Origin: Thermoproteota archaeon
GTDB taxonomy: Archaea; Thermoproteota; Methanomethylicia; Methanomethylicales; Methanomethylicaceae
Length of the DNA stretch: 64,000 nucleotides
Direction of reading: 5' to 3'
Assembly: GCA_030055575.1 (NCBI GenBank)
Contig: JASFYL010000002.1
Location: 1,780-65,779 of the forward strand
Part shown: positions 48,284 to 56,867 of the stretch, piece by piece
Position numbering within the stretch: the first letter of the stretch is position 1
Layout: each line of letters opens with the position of its first letter
Position numbers and translations under genes: made by a program
The notes under the pieces: model-generated
What the model was told of the DNA's origin: nothing
The model's input: only the letters and a program-made list of their open reading frames with translations
The model's database searches: none

Positions 48284-49258
48284 TCACAACACCAACCAGA
48301 TGTAGACTGCTATAACAAAATTCACGACCGCGAGAATCGCCAGTACCTTCAGGTACCAGTTTATCGCGTTCTTTATCCTGTACCTCGGATTCAGGACCTG
48401 CACAGCAGTGAGCAGGAAGAGTATAAGAAGCGCTGCTACAATGTACAGCGGAAGCCAAAGTATGCTGGAAGCGAGGGGCGGCAGGAACACCGAGATGAAG
48501 AGACCCACCAGCGCGTAGAGCATGAACACTTTGGTCAGGTAGTATGTGCCCAAGAGCTTCCCGGAGTACTCTGTGTAGGGACCCGCGACAATCTCCGCCT
48601 CTGCCTCTGGCATGTCAAACGGCTTGATGTGAAGCTTCCCCATCATTGCTGCAAGCATCAAGGCTCCTGCAGTCACCGAGAGGAGAGCCAGGTATAGCGT
48701 CTGCTCCCCCTTGGATATCTCCCAGATAACAAGCGTCTGCCTGGCGATTGCCACGGAGAAGACGCTTAGGACGAAGCCAAGCTCCGAGACAAGGAAGAGC
48801 TCCACTTCCCTCCTCGCGCCGATGGCTGCCCATGGGGAGCCGCTGGCGACGGGTCCAAGTATAGTGAAGAGTATGGAAGCGATGAGCAGGTACGAGGCGA
48901 TTATCAGGCTGTATGGGGCTTCTGAGAGTAGAGGCATGCCTGGGAACGGTATGAAGAGCACCGCAAGTATGGCAAACAGCAGTGAAAGGTAAGGAGATGA
49001 GACGAAAAGTTTCTTCCTCGAGACCTCTGGGACGACGGTCTTCTTGCCGAAGAGCTTCAGTATGTCATAGAGCGGCTGTAGGAGCCTAGTTGTGCCAAGG
49101 AGCGGCTTCAGGTCGCCGTACATCCTCAGCATCGGCCCCACCCTCCACTGAAACCTAGCGGAAAGCTTCCTGAAGAAGTACTGGTATATGACGCCCAAGA
49201 ACAGGGCGATCGGTATAATCAGCACTAAGCTTACAATAGTGAATATTGGGTCAATCAT
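48284..49258 (-). CDS. Group-4 hydrogenase integral membrane subunit (HycD/EchB/NuoH-like)
   Basis: 324-aa polytopic protein with EAEIVAGPYTEYSG, the NuoH-family signature region. Confidence 0.85.
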   Translation of the reverse strand: MIDPIFTIVSLVLIIPIALFLGVIYQYFFRKLSARFQWRVGPMLRMYGDLKPLLGTTRLLQPLYDILKLFGKKTVVPEVSRKKLFVSSPYLSLLFAILAVLFIPFPGMPLLSEAPYSLIIASYLLIASILFTILGPVASGSPWAAIGARREVELFLVSELGFVLSVFSVAIARQTLVIWEISKGEQTLYLALLSVTAGALMLAAMMGKLHIKPFDMPEAEAEIVAGPYTEYSGKLLGTYYLTKVFMLYALVGLFISVFLPPLASSILWLPLYIVAALLILFLLTAVQVLNPRYRIKNAINWYLKVLAILAVVNFVIAVYIWLVL

Positions 49259-50964
49259 TGTTTACTCAACCTCCTGCTTAAATTCACTAGCATATCCCAC
49301 GTCAGGCTCTTCCTAGAGCCGGTCTTCTCGTCGATTATCTCGACTCTGTCTGTGCAGGCGAGGCACTGGTCTGTACTCCCCATCACAACAGGCACGTCCG
49401 CCAAGTTGGACCCGACCAGCATCAGAGGTATTATGGCGTTGTTGCGATAGCTCGGGGTCCTGATCCTGATCGCGTGCGGCAGGTTCGAGTCTTTCTCCGA
49501 GGCCCTCATGTAGTACGCTAACTCCCCTCTCGGCGCCTCGTTGAGCCCTACGGCTTCCGCTCCTGCAGGCACCGTCTTCGGCTTGATCCTCACTTCTCCA
49601 GTGGTCTTTGCCAAGTAATCTAGACACTGCGAGACAATTCCACATGACACAAGTAGTTCCTTGACCCTCACGAGTGTTCTTCCATATGTGTCGCAATTGT
49701 CGTCGGTGATCACCTCCCATGAGATCACCTTGGGGTCGTACATCGCATGTGGCGGGTTGTCTGCCCTTACGTCGATCTTCCAGTTGCTCGCTCTCGCCAC
49801 GGGACCCACGGCACCGCCGTCGAACGCCTGCGCTTTTGTCAGCGGACCGACTCCGATCAGCCTGGACTTCACTACCGGGTGTTCAGCCACCAGAGTCAAT
49901 AGCTTCCCGCACTCCTCCTTAAGTGCGTCTACTGTCCTCCTTGCCTTCGCCGCTAACTCCTGGGAAACGTCTCTGCTGACCCCTCCCATCCTCCAAATCC
50001 CGTAGTTAACCCTGTTGCCAGTTATTGCTTCGATTATGTCCATGACGCGTTCTCTGAGCCCCCACGTGAGCATGAATCCCGTCTTCCAGCCAATGACATC
50101 TGCGACAACGCCTACCCACAGCAGGTGGCTGTGCATCCTGTTCAGCTCCACGAGCAGGGTGCGGATGTACATAGCCCTATCAGGCACCTCGGCATCGTAT
50201 AGGTTCTCAGCACATGTGACATAGGTTAAACCGTGGGCTGCAGAGCAGATGCCGCAGACGCGCTCGGCTACGAAGACACCCTTGTTGTAACCCCTGCGTT
50301 CGATCAGCTTCATTATGCCTCGGTGGTGGAACCCAGTCTTGATGTCGGCTGCGACAACCTGCTCACCCTCAACCTTGACGTACACGATCTGCCCTTCGAT
50401 GACTCCCGGGTGGTATGGACCTATCGGTATTAAGCTCTGGTAGGATTCTTCGATAGGCATCTTTAGGGGCAAGTACATCTCTTTCGTTTGGGAGCCGGAC
50501 TCGAATTTGTATTGACCGCCCGTCAATCCGCTCTCCACTGCATTGGGCCACTCGTGTGGAAGGAACTGGTGCCTCGGATCTGGGATCCCCACTGGATTGA
50601 GTCCCAGGAGCTCCTTGATCTCCCTTTCTGCCCATGTTGCTTGCCAAGTTACCTTTGCCACCGAGGGGAAGGACGGGTTGTCCTTGTCTACTTTGGCTTT
50701 GAGTATAACCACGAGCCTCTCCTTGACCTTGGAGAAGTCGTAGATGTTTAGAACCTCAAACCCCTGGACCTCGAGGTCCACCGCGGTCGCATGTATGAGC
50801 CTGGCCTCGAACTTTTTCATGAACAGCTCTGCTAGCTTGTCCAGCTCTTCGGGCTTTACCTTTATCGCTACGCGGTTCTCCCTCAGCGGGGTATACTCGA
50901 GTCCATCGGCGTATATCTCCTTCTTTACGAAATCCACTATATTAGGGTCTGCTGAAAACTTCAA
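49255..50964 (-). CDS. Group-4 [NiFe] hydrogenase large subunit fused to NuoC-like domain (HycE-like)
   Basis: 569 aa. N-terminal NuoC-like block WAEREIKELLGLNPVGIPDPRHQF. Ni-Fe ligand motifs ERVCGICSAAH and DQCLACTDR, followed by a 29-aa C-terminal tail. TTG start with AAGGAGGGT upstream. Confidence 0.9.
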   Translation of the reverse strand: MKFSADPNIVDFVKKEIYADGLEYTPLRENRVAIKVKPEELDKLAELFMKKFEARLIHATAVDLEVQGFEVLNIYDFSKVKERLVVILKAKVDKDNPSFPSVAKVTWQATWAEREIKELLGLNPVGIPDPRHQFLPHEWPNAVESGLTGGQYKFESGSQTKEMYLPLKMPIEESYQSLIPIGPYHPGVIEGQIVYVKVEGEQVVAADIKTGFHHRGIMKLIERRGYNKGVFVAERVCGICSAAHGLTYVTCAENLYDAEVPDRAMYIRTLLVELNRMHSHLLWVGVVADVIGWKTGFMLTWGLRERVMDIIEAITGNRVNYGIWRMGGVSRDVSQELAAKARRTVDALKEECGKLLTLVAEHPVVKSRLIGVGPLTKAQAFDGGAVGPVARASNWKIDVRADNPPHAMYDPKVISWEVITDDNCDTYGRTLVRVKELLVSCGIVSQCLDYLAKTTGEVRIKPKTVPAGAEAVGLNEAPRGELAYYMRASEKDSNLPHAIRIRTPSYRNNAIIPLMLVGSNLADVPVVMGSTDQCLACTDRVEIIDEKTGSRKSLTWDMLVNLSRRLSKQ

Positions 50965-51876
50965 TCACTTACCCTCCTTGAGTTTCTGAATCAGCTTGGT
51001 AGGCGGAATTGGGCGGCAGTACATCATGCCAAAGTCCTCTGGCTTGTATCCAAAAGCGAGTGCCAAGAGCTCTGAGAAGTGCACAATAGGAGTCTCGAAG
51101 ACAATCCCTTTCTCCTCCTTGTATATCTTAACTGCCCTCTCGAACTGGTCATAGCATCCAGAGCAGATGAGCGCGTATGCATCAATGTTCAATTCTTTAG
51201 CAGTCTGCATCTTTGCTCCTATCCTATGGAATATCGAAGAGTTAGGATCAGAGAAGTAGAGAAGCAGCCCGCAGCAAGTCTTGTCGTATGGTGTGTCCAC
51301 AATCTCGACTCCGGTAGCCTTCAAGATCTCGTCGAAGTAATTCGGGAAACGCTCGTCATGCTTCCTTGCATGGCATCCGATGTGGCGCATGATCCTTATG
51401 TTGAGCGGGTTGACGACTGCCTTCTTGATACGCGCTATACCGACGTCTTCGTAGAGGACCTGGAGGAAGTGCTTTACGTCGGTCTTAAGTGCCAACTTCA
51501 TCCCTGCCTTTTCCAGGTTCCTGTTCACCATCTCCAGCTTCTCCGGGTCCTCCTTGAGCTCTTGCAAGCACTCATAATGGGAAATGTAACAGCCGTTGCA
51601 CGAGTCCACTATAACGACATTCTGCTTCTCAGCGTTCGCAAGGTTCTGGCTTGTCAGGGTCAGCCACCAGTCTGGGTTAATCGCCTTCCAGACGCCTGGT
51701 CTCACGCAGCAAAGAGACTCCTTCAGGTAGTCAAAGTCGAGCCCCAGATGCTTCGACACCAAGAACGTTGCCTTTTCTGCCCAAGGCATCTTGGCTGGCA
51801 TCACGCAACCCAGAAAATACCCGTATTTCGTACTTGAACTTTTAGTATTAGTTTTTGTGCCCATTCTCATCGCCAC
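50965..51876 (-). CDS. hdrB: Heterodisulfide reductase subunit B-like protein (two complete CCG motifs)
   Basis: YFLGC...(31 aa)...CC...(35 aa)...CNGC and HIGC...(32 aa)...CC...(35 aa)...CSGC, both fitting C-X31-39-CC-X35-36-C-X2-C. Blocks DVKHFLQVLYEDVG and TPIVHFSELLALAFG match my recollection of methanogen HdrB sequences. Confidence 0.85.
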   Translation of the reverse strand: MAMRMGTKTNTKSSSTKYGYFLGCVMPAKMPWAEKATFLVSKHLGLDFDYLKESLCCVRPGVWKAINPDWWLTLTSQNLANAEKQNVVIVDSCNGCYISHYECLQELKEDPEKLEMVNRNLEKAGMKLALKTDVKHFLQVLYEDVGIARIKKAVVNPLNIRIMRHIGCHARKHDERFPNYFDEILKATGVEIVDTPYDKTCCGLLLYFSDPNSSIFHRIGAKMQTAKELNIDAYALICSGCYDQFERAVKIYKEEKGIVFETPIVHFSELLALAFGYKPEDFGMMYCRPIPPTKLIQKLKEGK

Positions 51877-52230
51877 TCAGTACTTGAATTTACCCTTATC
51901 TTTTTCAAACCCGAGAGTGCCCATTATGCCGGCTTCCTCGAGGATCTTGCGCTTCTTTTCCAATGCCTCCTTGAAGACGTGAGCGGTAGGAGGTTTCCGG
52001 TCTAGCCCGCATAGCGCTCTGTCCTGTTCGACATCGTCGCCCACGTAGTAGACGAGACCTACCTCGAAATCCCTTTTCAGCGAAGCCTTGGCAATATCTG
52101 GGGCTACTGGCCTGAACTCCTTTCTTAGAGGATACTTCTTAACGTCTTCCGCCTGGTTGTGCTCAGTGACTTTTATTCCAGCGTCGAGGAGTTTCTCCCA
52201 GCTCTTTATCTTCTCTTGGTTCGACATCAC
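51877..52230 (-). CDS. Hypothetical 117-aa protein, operon-embedded (possible novel subunit)
   Basis: GTG start overlaps the TGA of the upstream Fe-S gene, with GAGGTGGG upstream. Its stop codon abuts the hdrB-like GTG start. Soluble and charged, with a single Cys. No recognisable family. Confidence 0.55.
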   Translation of the reverse strand: MMSNQEKIKSWEKLLDAGIKVTEHNQAEDVKKYPLRKEFRPVAPDIAKASLKRDFEVGLVYYVGDDVEQDRALCGLDRKPPTAHVFKEALEKKRKILEEAGIMGTLGFEKDKGKFKY

Positions 52231-52754
52231 TTCCCACCTCTCAAGTTCTTGACGTATTCATATGCTTCCTTCCTTGGGAGGAGCCTAAGCGCGTTCGCGC
52301 TACACATCTGGACGCACATCGGCCAGTCCCCGTCGCAGAAGTCGCACTTCACGTACACCTTCCGCTCCTCGTCCAACCTCGGGATCCCTATCGGGCACGC
52401 CTGGTTGCAGGTTCCGCACCCGATGCATATCAACGGGGAGATCCTGACTATCCCTTTTTCGTCCTTGTATATCGCCTCTTTCGGGCAGGAGGCCAGGCAC
52501 ATCGGGAAGACGCAGTGAGAGCAGTTTGCATTCACATACATGCCCTTCTTGTTAGGGTCCTCATTGACGTATAGGAGGGCGAACCTCTTGTCAAAGGTCC
52601 TGTAGTGTTTGTAGGCACAGCCGATCATGCACTGCCCGCATCCCGTACATTTGCCCGGGTCATGTATGACCACTAGGTCAGTTACCTTCTCCTTCGTGCC
52701 GGGGACAATGATGGGCTCCTTCAGTTTCTTTTGGGTTGAAATAGCTGTGGTCAT
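52227..52754 (-). CDS. Four-cluster [4Fe-4S] electron-transfer subunit (HycB/DmsB/NrfC-like)
   Basis: 16 Cys in four groups: CTGCGQCMIGC, CSHCVFPMCLASCP, CIGCGTCNQACP, CDFCDGDWPMCVQMC. Confidence 0.8.
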   Translation of the reverse strand: MTTAISTQKKLKEPIIVPGTKEKVTDLVVIHDPGKCTGCGQCMIGCAYKHYRTFDKRFALLYVNEDPNKKGMYVNANCSHCVFPMCLASCPKEAIYKDEKGIVRISPLICIGCGTCNQACPIGIPRLDEERKVYVKCDFCDGDWPMCVQMCSANALRLLPRKEAYEYVKNLRGGK

Positions 52755-54325
52755 CAGAACGCACCTACCTTAGTGATCGTTTCAGCGGCTAGTTCAAACC
52801 ACTCCTTAAACACTTGGTAATACTCCCCCAGTGCAATCCCGCTCGCGCCGAACAGAACCACCAAGCCCAGTGCGACTAGGAAGACCCCCAATACAACCCC
52901 AGGGATCCTTAGCACAGCGTGCCCGTGGGGCGGCTTGAGGTATTCCACCTTTGCCTTCGGCTTCCCTGAGATTATTGCCCTGAGCGAGTACAATGTGGTG
53001 AAGAAGATGAATGCAGCAGCTGTGAGGATCAGGGCAGTTACCTCAATGCCCATGTGACCGCTGGTAAACTCGAGGAACGTGTTGTAGCCGAGAGTCCCCG
53101 GGATCAGAGCGAGTGAGAATCCGCCTATGAGGTAGCTAAGACCGTTGACGCCCACTTTACCTCCTAGACCCTTGAGCACTGAGAGGTCTGCGGTTCTGCT
53201 CGTTTCGATTACGAACCCGCTGTCGAAGAAGAGGAGCGCCTTCGCCAGACCGTGGTTCAGGAAGTGCAGCAGTATCCCAGCGAAGAATAGCGGAGAGTAA
53301 GCTGGCTCCATGAGCGCGAGACCGATGAGTAGGTAGAAGACGCCCACCTCAGAAGAGGTCGAGAATGCCCATATCCTCTTTATCCCCCTTATGTGGATAG
53401 AACCCACATGGAACCTAGAATATTTGCTTCCCGAGGTCGCTTCAACTGCAGCCAGTACTGCTCCGGTAATCACGCTCAGCGCCCCCAAAATTGCGAGTGC
53501 CGCGCCCAGCTGGGTGCTTGCGGGGTTTATCACGCCGACCACCCTGCTGACAGCAAAAGCCGCAATCTGTACCATGACGCCGCTGAGTATAGCGCTTACA
53601 GGAGTTGGCGCCTCGCTGTGGGCAGCAGGCAGCCAGAGCAGTCCGAAGGGGAATATTCCGACTTTGATGCTGAAACCTATAGCGTAGAGTGTCGAGAGCA
53701 GCACCAGGTCACTGTTAGCAATCCCAGAGAACGCGGAGAGCTTTGTCACCGGGTCTATCAGCATGAAGCCGCCTGTTAGTTGGTTCTGGTACAGTATCCC
53801 GACCAGTATTATAACCGCACCTATCACGCTAAGGAGGAAGAACCTAACCGCAGCCTTTGTGGCGCTGCGCCTCCTGGTGAAGAGTATGAGTATTCCACCC
53901 GCGATTGTGCTAGCCTCGAAAGCTATGTAGATGATCAGCATGTTGAATGAGGTTGCCATCAGAACTAGGGTGGCTATGAAGAACGAGAAGAGCAGGTAGA
54001 ATGGACTAAGTATCTTCTCCTCTTCGAAGTACCGGTAGCTGTAGATTACGCCCAGGAGACCCAAAATCAGGGTAAGCTCGACTACAAATGCCGAGGCAGG
54101 ATTGAGAACCAGACCCTCGATGGTCGGATAGTAGTAGAACGAGCCATGCTGCATTCCGAGCAGCATCCAAGTGTTAACGGCGAGGGCCACCAAGAAAAAC
54201 AGCCCTGTAGAAGCTGCCACGCCCTTACCCCGTTTAAAGACAAGGGGGGACACAATCCCTCCGACAACCAAAAGGGCAGGCGTGAGCGCTGTCAAAAATG
54301 TTTCAGGAGGTATTGCAGAACTCAT
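52754..54325 (-). CDS. Antiporter-like membrane subunit (HycC/NuoL/M/N family)
   Basis: 523-aa polytopic protein with WLPAAHSEAPTPVSAILSG signature. 1-nt TGATG overlap with the next gene. Confidence 0.85.
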   Translation of the reverse strand: MSSAIPPETFLTALTPALLVVGGIVSPLVFKRGKGVAASTGLFFLVALAVNTWMLLGMQHGSFYYYPTIEGLVLNPASAFVVELTLILGLLGVIYSYRYFEEEKILSPFYLLFSFFIATLVLMATSFNMLIIYIAFEASTIAGGILILFTRRRSATKAAVRFFLLSVIGAVIILVGILYQNQLTGGFMLIDPVTKLSAFSGIANSDLVLLSTLYAIGFSIKVGIFPFGLLWLPAAHSEAPTPVSAILSGVMVQIAAFAVSRVVGVINPASTQLGAALAILGALSVITGAVLAAVEATSGSKYSRFHVGSIHIRGIKRIWAFSTSSEVGVFYLLIGLALMEPAYSPLFFAGILLHFLNHGLAKALLFFDSGFVIETSRTADLSVLKGLGGKVGVNGLSYLIGGFSLALIPGTLGYNTFLEFTSGHMGIEVTALILTAAAFIFFTTLYSLRAIISGKPKAKVEYLKPPHGHAVLRIPGVVLGVFLVALGLVVLFGASGIALGEYYQVFKEWFELAAETITKVGAF

Positions 54326-54687
54326 GCTCTTTCCACCTTCAAAGAAGATTTGTCATAATATCCATCCCAATTCAAGTCATACGGCATGTTCAGAAGCGGT
54401 ACATTTGTCCTGTAGACACTCTCGTCGCTTATGTACGGCTCCTTGGCGAGACCGCAGTAGAAAATGGAGCCCGCCTTTATTCTGTCTGGGAAGTAGGCAG
54501 GGATAAAGCTAAGAAGCAGTATAAAAAACATGGAGACCGAGGTGATCTCAACGAAAGTCAATAGCAGAATAAAGTTGGACATCAAAGAAGCAATTAAACA
54601 CCCCGATATCCCTATCACTATGAATGATAAGGATACGAGAAGAGAAATCCTCTCCGAGGATCTTTCTATGGATTTAACCTCTGTCAT
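54322..54687 (-). CDS. Small membrane protein (about 121 aa, two predicted helices plus soluble tail), first gene of the hydrogenase operon
   Basis: Start set at ATG 54687, preceded by GGAGGGT 4-5 nt upstream. ATGA overlap with the antiporter-like gene. Confidence 0.5.
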   Translation of the reverse strand: MTEVKSIERSSERISLLVSLSFIVIGISGCLIASLMSNFILLLTFVEITSVSMFFILLLSFIPAYFPDRIKAGSIFYCGLAKEPYISDESVYRTNVPLLNMPYDLNWDGYYDKSSLKVERA

Positions 54688-54727
54688 ATCGACCCTCCAA
54701 AGTACACTATTGAATTGAAACATCCAC

Positions 54728-54736
54728 TTATATAAA
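54728..54736 (-). promoter_or_regulatory. Archaeal TATA box (TTTATATAA) for the hydrogenase/HdrB operon
   Basis: Matches the archaeal TATA consensus on the minus strand about 45 nt upstream of ATG 54687. The spacing is compatible with a short leader containing the GGAGGG ribosome-binding site. Confidence 0.5.
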
Positions 54737-55174
54737 GTCACCTAAAGTGTACATCCAATTACAAAGTTATAATATGTGCTTATTGCACTTTTTATATTTG
54801 TCATTTATAGTCGGAGAGGCGCTGATCATTCTTGGATTGGATTTGATCAGGCTGAAAAAAGTACACCATACCTTTCATCGGCTAAACGAGGGTTGGGAGG
54901 CGCATTTGATAATGAGTCCAAAACGACATCATTAGTCCAGCAAAGTCCATTCCATTAAAGACCTTTGCTTTCATCTCCCAAACCTAAATTTGCTAAGTCC
55001 TGACGATGAAAGGAAAGCCCCTACCACATATTCCATTGATCTTAGCTCAATTTGTTTTACAATGACCACTCCTCGTATCGGAAAGAGAAGTCGATCTGCA
55101 AAAAGAGAGGACATAAGCCAAACAATACACAAAAATTGAGCTTGTAGAATTAGGTGTGAGCGTTTGTCGTCTTA

Positions 55175-55186
55175 GTAACACGCTCT
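55175..55186. promoter_or_regulatory. Perfect 12-nt palindrome TTTTGTACAAAA
   Basis: Read directly from the sequence. Lies in the 780-nt divergent region between the hydrogenase operon and mtaB. Confidence 0.3.
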
Positions 55187-55297
55187 TTTGTACAAAAAGA
55201 TACGAGTTAGTCCTAGAAGGTGCTAACCTGAACTGTCTAGCGTATAATCTCAATTGGATGGATTATCCATCCTAATAATTGTCTTAAAGTAATGATT

Positions 55298-55312
55298 TGT
55301 GTACAAATGTAT
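55298..55312. promoter_or_regulatory. 15-mer TGTGTACAAATGTAT (copy 1), candidate operator upstream of mtaB
   Basis: Exact reverse complement of 63570-63584. Preceded by AATGATTT in both copies. Confidence 0.4.
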
Positions 55313-55467
55313 TATCATTTTTTTAAATAATATCCAATTATTCGGAAGTTTATTCCGAGCATCACATAGCTGTCCTTCAATACAGGCGTATTTTCTGATA
55401 AAATACTTTAAAAAATTAAGAATAGTGCTTAATAACTCTACTTGTTAAATATAGGGTGGGGAAAAAT

Positions 55468-56856
55468 ATGGGAGTTAGAAGATATACCAAAATGGCATAC
55501 AAGGATCCCGACGAGATGGTCTTCGGCCATGCCAAGTTCCCAGTGCTAGAGCACTGGAACGTGCAGTTCGGTGCTGGATACGTAGTCCCAGAGGTAAAGG
55601 TTGCCCCTGAACCGGGGACGGAGCGGAGCAAGGAAACACTAGTGAAGGAAATGGCATCCATCGCTGAGCAAGCAGCAGCAAGGGCAGTGGACATAGGTCT
55701 TCCGGCCTTCATGGTTGAGCAGGAGCACGTCTTCCAGCAGACATATCATGCTGACTGGGGATATGCGTGCACCCTCGCCCAGGCTGAGGTCTTGAAGAAA
55801 TACTACGACGAGTATGGCGTATGTGCAGCTCTGAGGCAGACCGTAGGAGACCTCAGAATTGAGGAGAAGGGCGGTCTCAGAGGCTCTGAGTACGACAATG
55901 CGATCGCACAGTGTGTCGAGGAGTGCTGCAAGGCCGGTGCTTCGGACATCTGTGCCGAGACCATGGGTGGAAAGTCGGTCCTTGACTATGGTGTAATGAG
56001 AGGAGATATCAGGGCAATCCTGTTCGGGATTGGATACCTAGGTAGCATAGACATGGAGTACTTCTGGAAGAGGACAGTCGCCCAGTGCGCCAAGTACGAC
56101 ACAAGACCCGCAGGCGACACCAACTGCTCAGGAGCGAACACATGCATGTACGTTGCCGGTGGGCTGCTGGGCAAGGATATGTCGCACACTGGTGCAGCGC
56201 TCGCGAGGGCAATATCAGCTGCGAGGAGCCTTGTGGCAGTAGAGTGTGGAGCGACAGGTCCTCTGAAGGACTGTGGCTACGAGAACACCATAATTAAGGC
56301 AATCACGGGTGTCCCGATCTGCCAGGAAGGCAAGAACGCAGTCTGTGCGCATGCAGATGTCATGGGCAACCTGACCTGCCAGGTGGTTGACTGCTGGAGC
56401 AACGAGTCAGTCTTCCACAGGGAGGAGATGGGTGGACCCACACCAGCAGTATGGCTGCAGGCGACAGGCTACGAGGCAGCGCTGATGAACACAGCCATCC
56501 AGACAGGAAACGCCAAGACCCTTAGAGACCTGTACACCTTCACGGATATGTTCAGGGACCCGCAAGGCACGCTGCTTGCGTATCCGAATGCATACAGGGT
56601 TGGTAAGGCAATCGTCGAGTATGGGAAGGACATATACCTGAGGGCAAGGGCAGCTGCACTCGAGGCTTCCAAGATAATGATGGAGGCATATGAGGCCAAG
56701 CTGCTGCAGATGACGAGGTTTGAGCTAGACACACTCAGGAAGTACACGAGCATACTCGAGAGTCTGCCGATGGAAGCAGAGATCTTCGTTGACCAGTGCA
56801 TGAGGGAATACCCGAGGAAGATACCGACATTTGACCCGAAGAGCTATGGATTGTGA
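55468..56856 (+). CDS. mtaB: Methanol:corrinoid protein Co-methyltransferase
   Basis: Appears collinear, from memory, with Methanosarcina MtaB (VRRYTKMAY..DEMVFG.., CGYENTIIKAITG, CAHADVMGNL, WSNESV). ATG 55468 is preceded by GGTGGGG. Confidence 0.95.
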   Translation: MGVRRYTKMAYKDPDEMVFGHAKFPVLEHWNVQFGAGYVVPEVKVAPEPGTERSKETLVKEMASIAEQAAARAVDIGLPAFMVEQEHVFQQTYHADWGYACTLAQAEVLKKYYDEYGVCAALRQTVGDLRIEEKGGLRGSEYDNAIAQCVEECCKAGASDICAETMGGKSVLDYGVMRGDIRAILFGIGYLGSIDMEYFWKRTVAQCAKYDTRPAGDTNCSGANTCMYVAGGLLGKDMSHTGAALARAISAARSLVAVECGATGPLKDCGYENTIIKAITGVPICQEGKNAVCAHADVMGNLTCQVVDCWSNESVFHREEMGGPTPAVWLQATGYEAALMNTAIQTGNAKTLRDLYTFTDMFRDPQGTLLAYPNAYRVGKAIVEYGKDIYLRARAAALEASKIMMEAYEAKLLQMTRFELDTLRKYTSILESLPMEAEIFVDQCMREYPRKIPTFDPKSYGL

Positions 56857-56867
56857 GGTGTGACAAA

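Noticed and set aside
55047-55253. A 68-aa minus-strand ORF, and other short ORFs (54747-54958), in the hydrogenase/mtaB divergent spacer.
   Set aside because: They lie in AT-rich promoter DNA. No ribosome-binding sites are present, and the translations are low-complexity. They are more likely regulatory DNA than genes.
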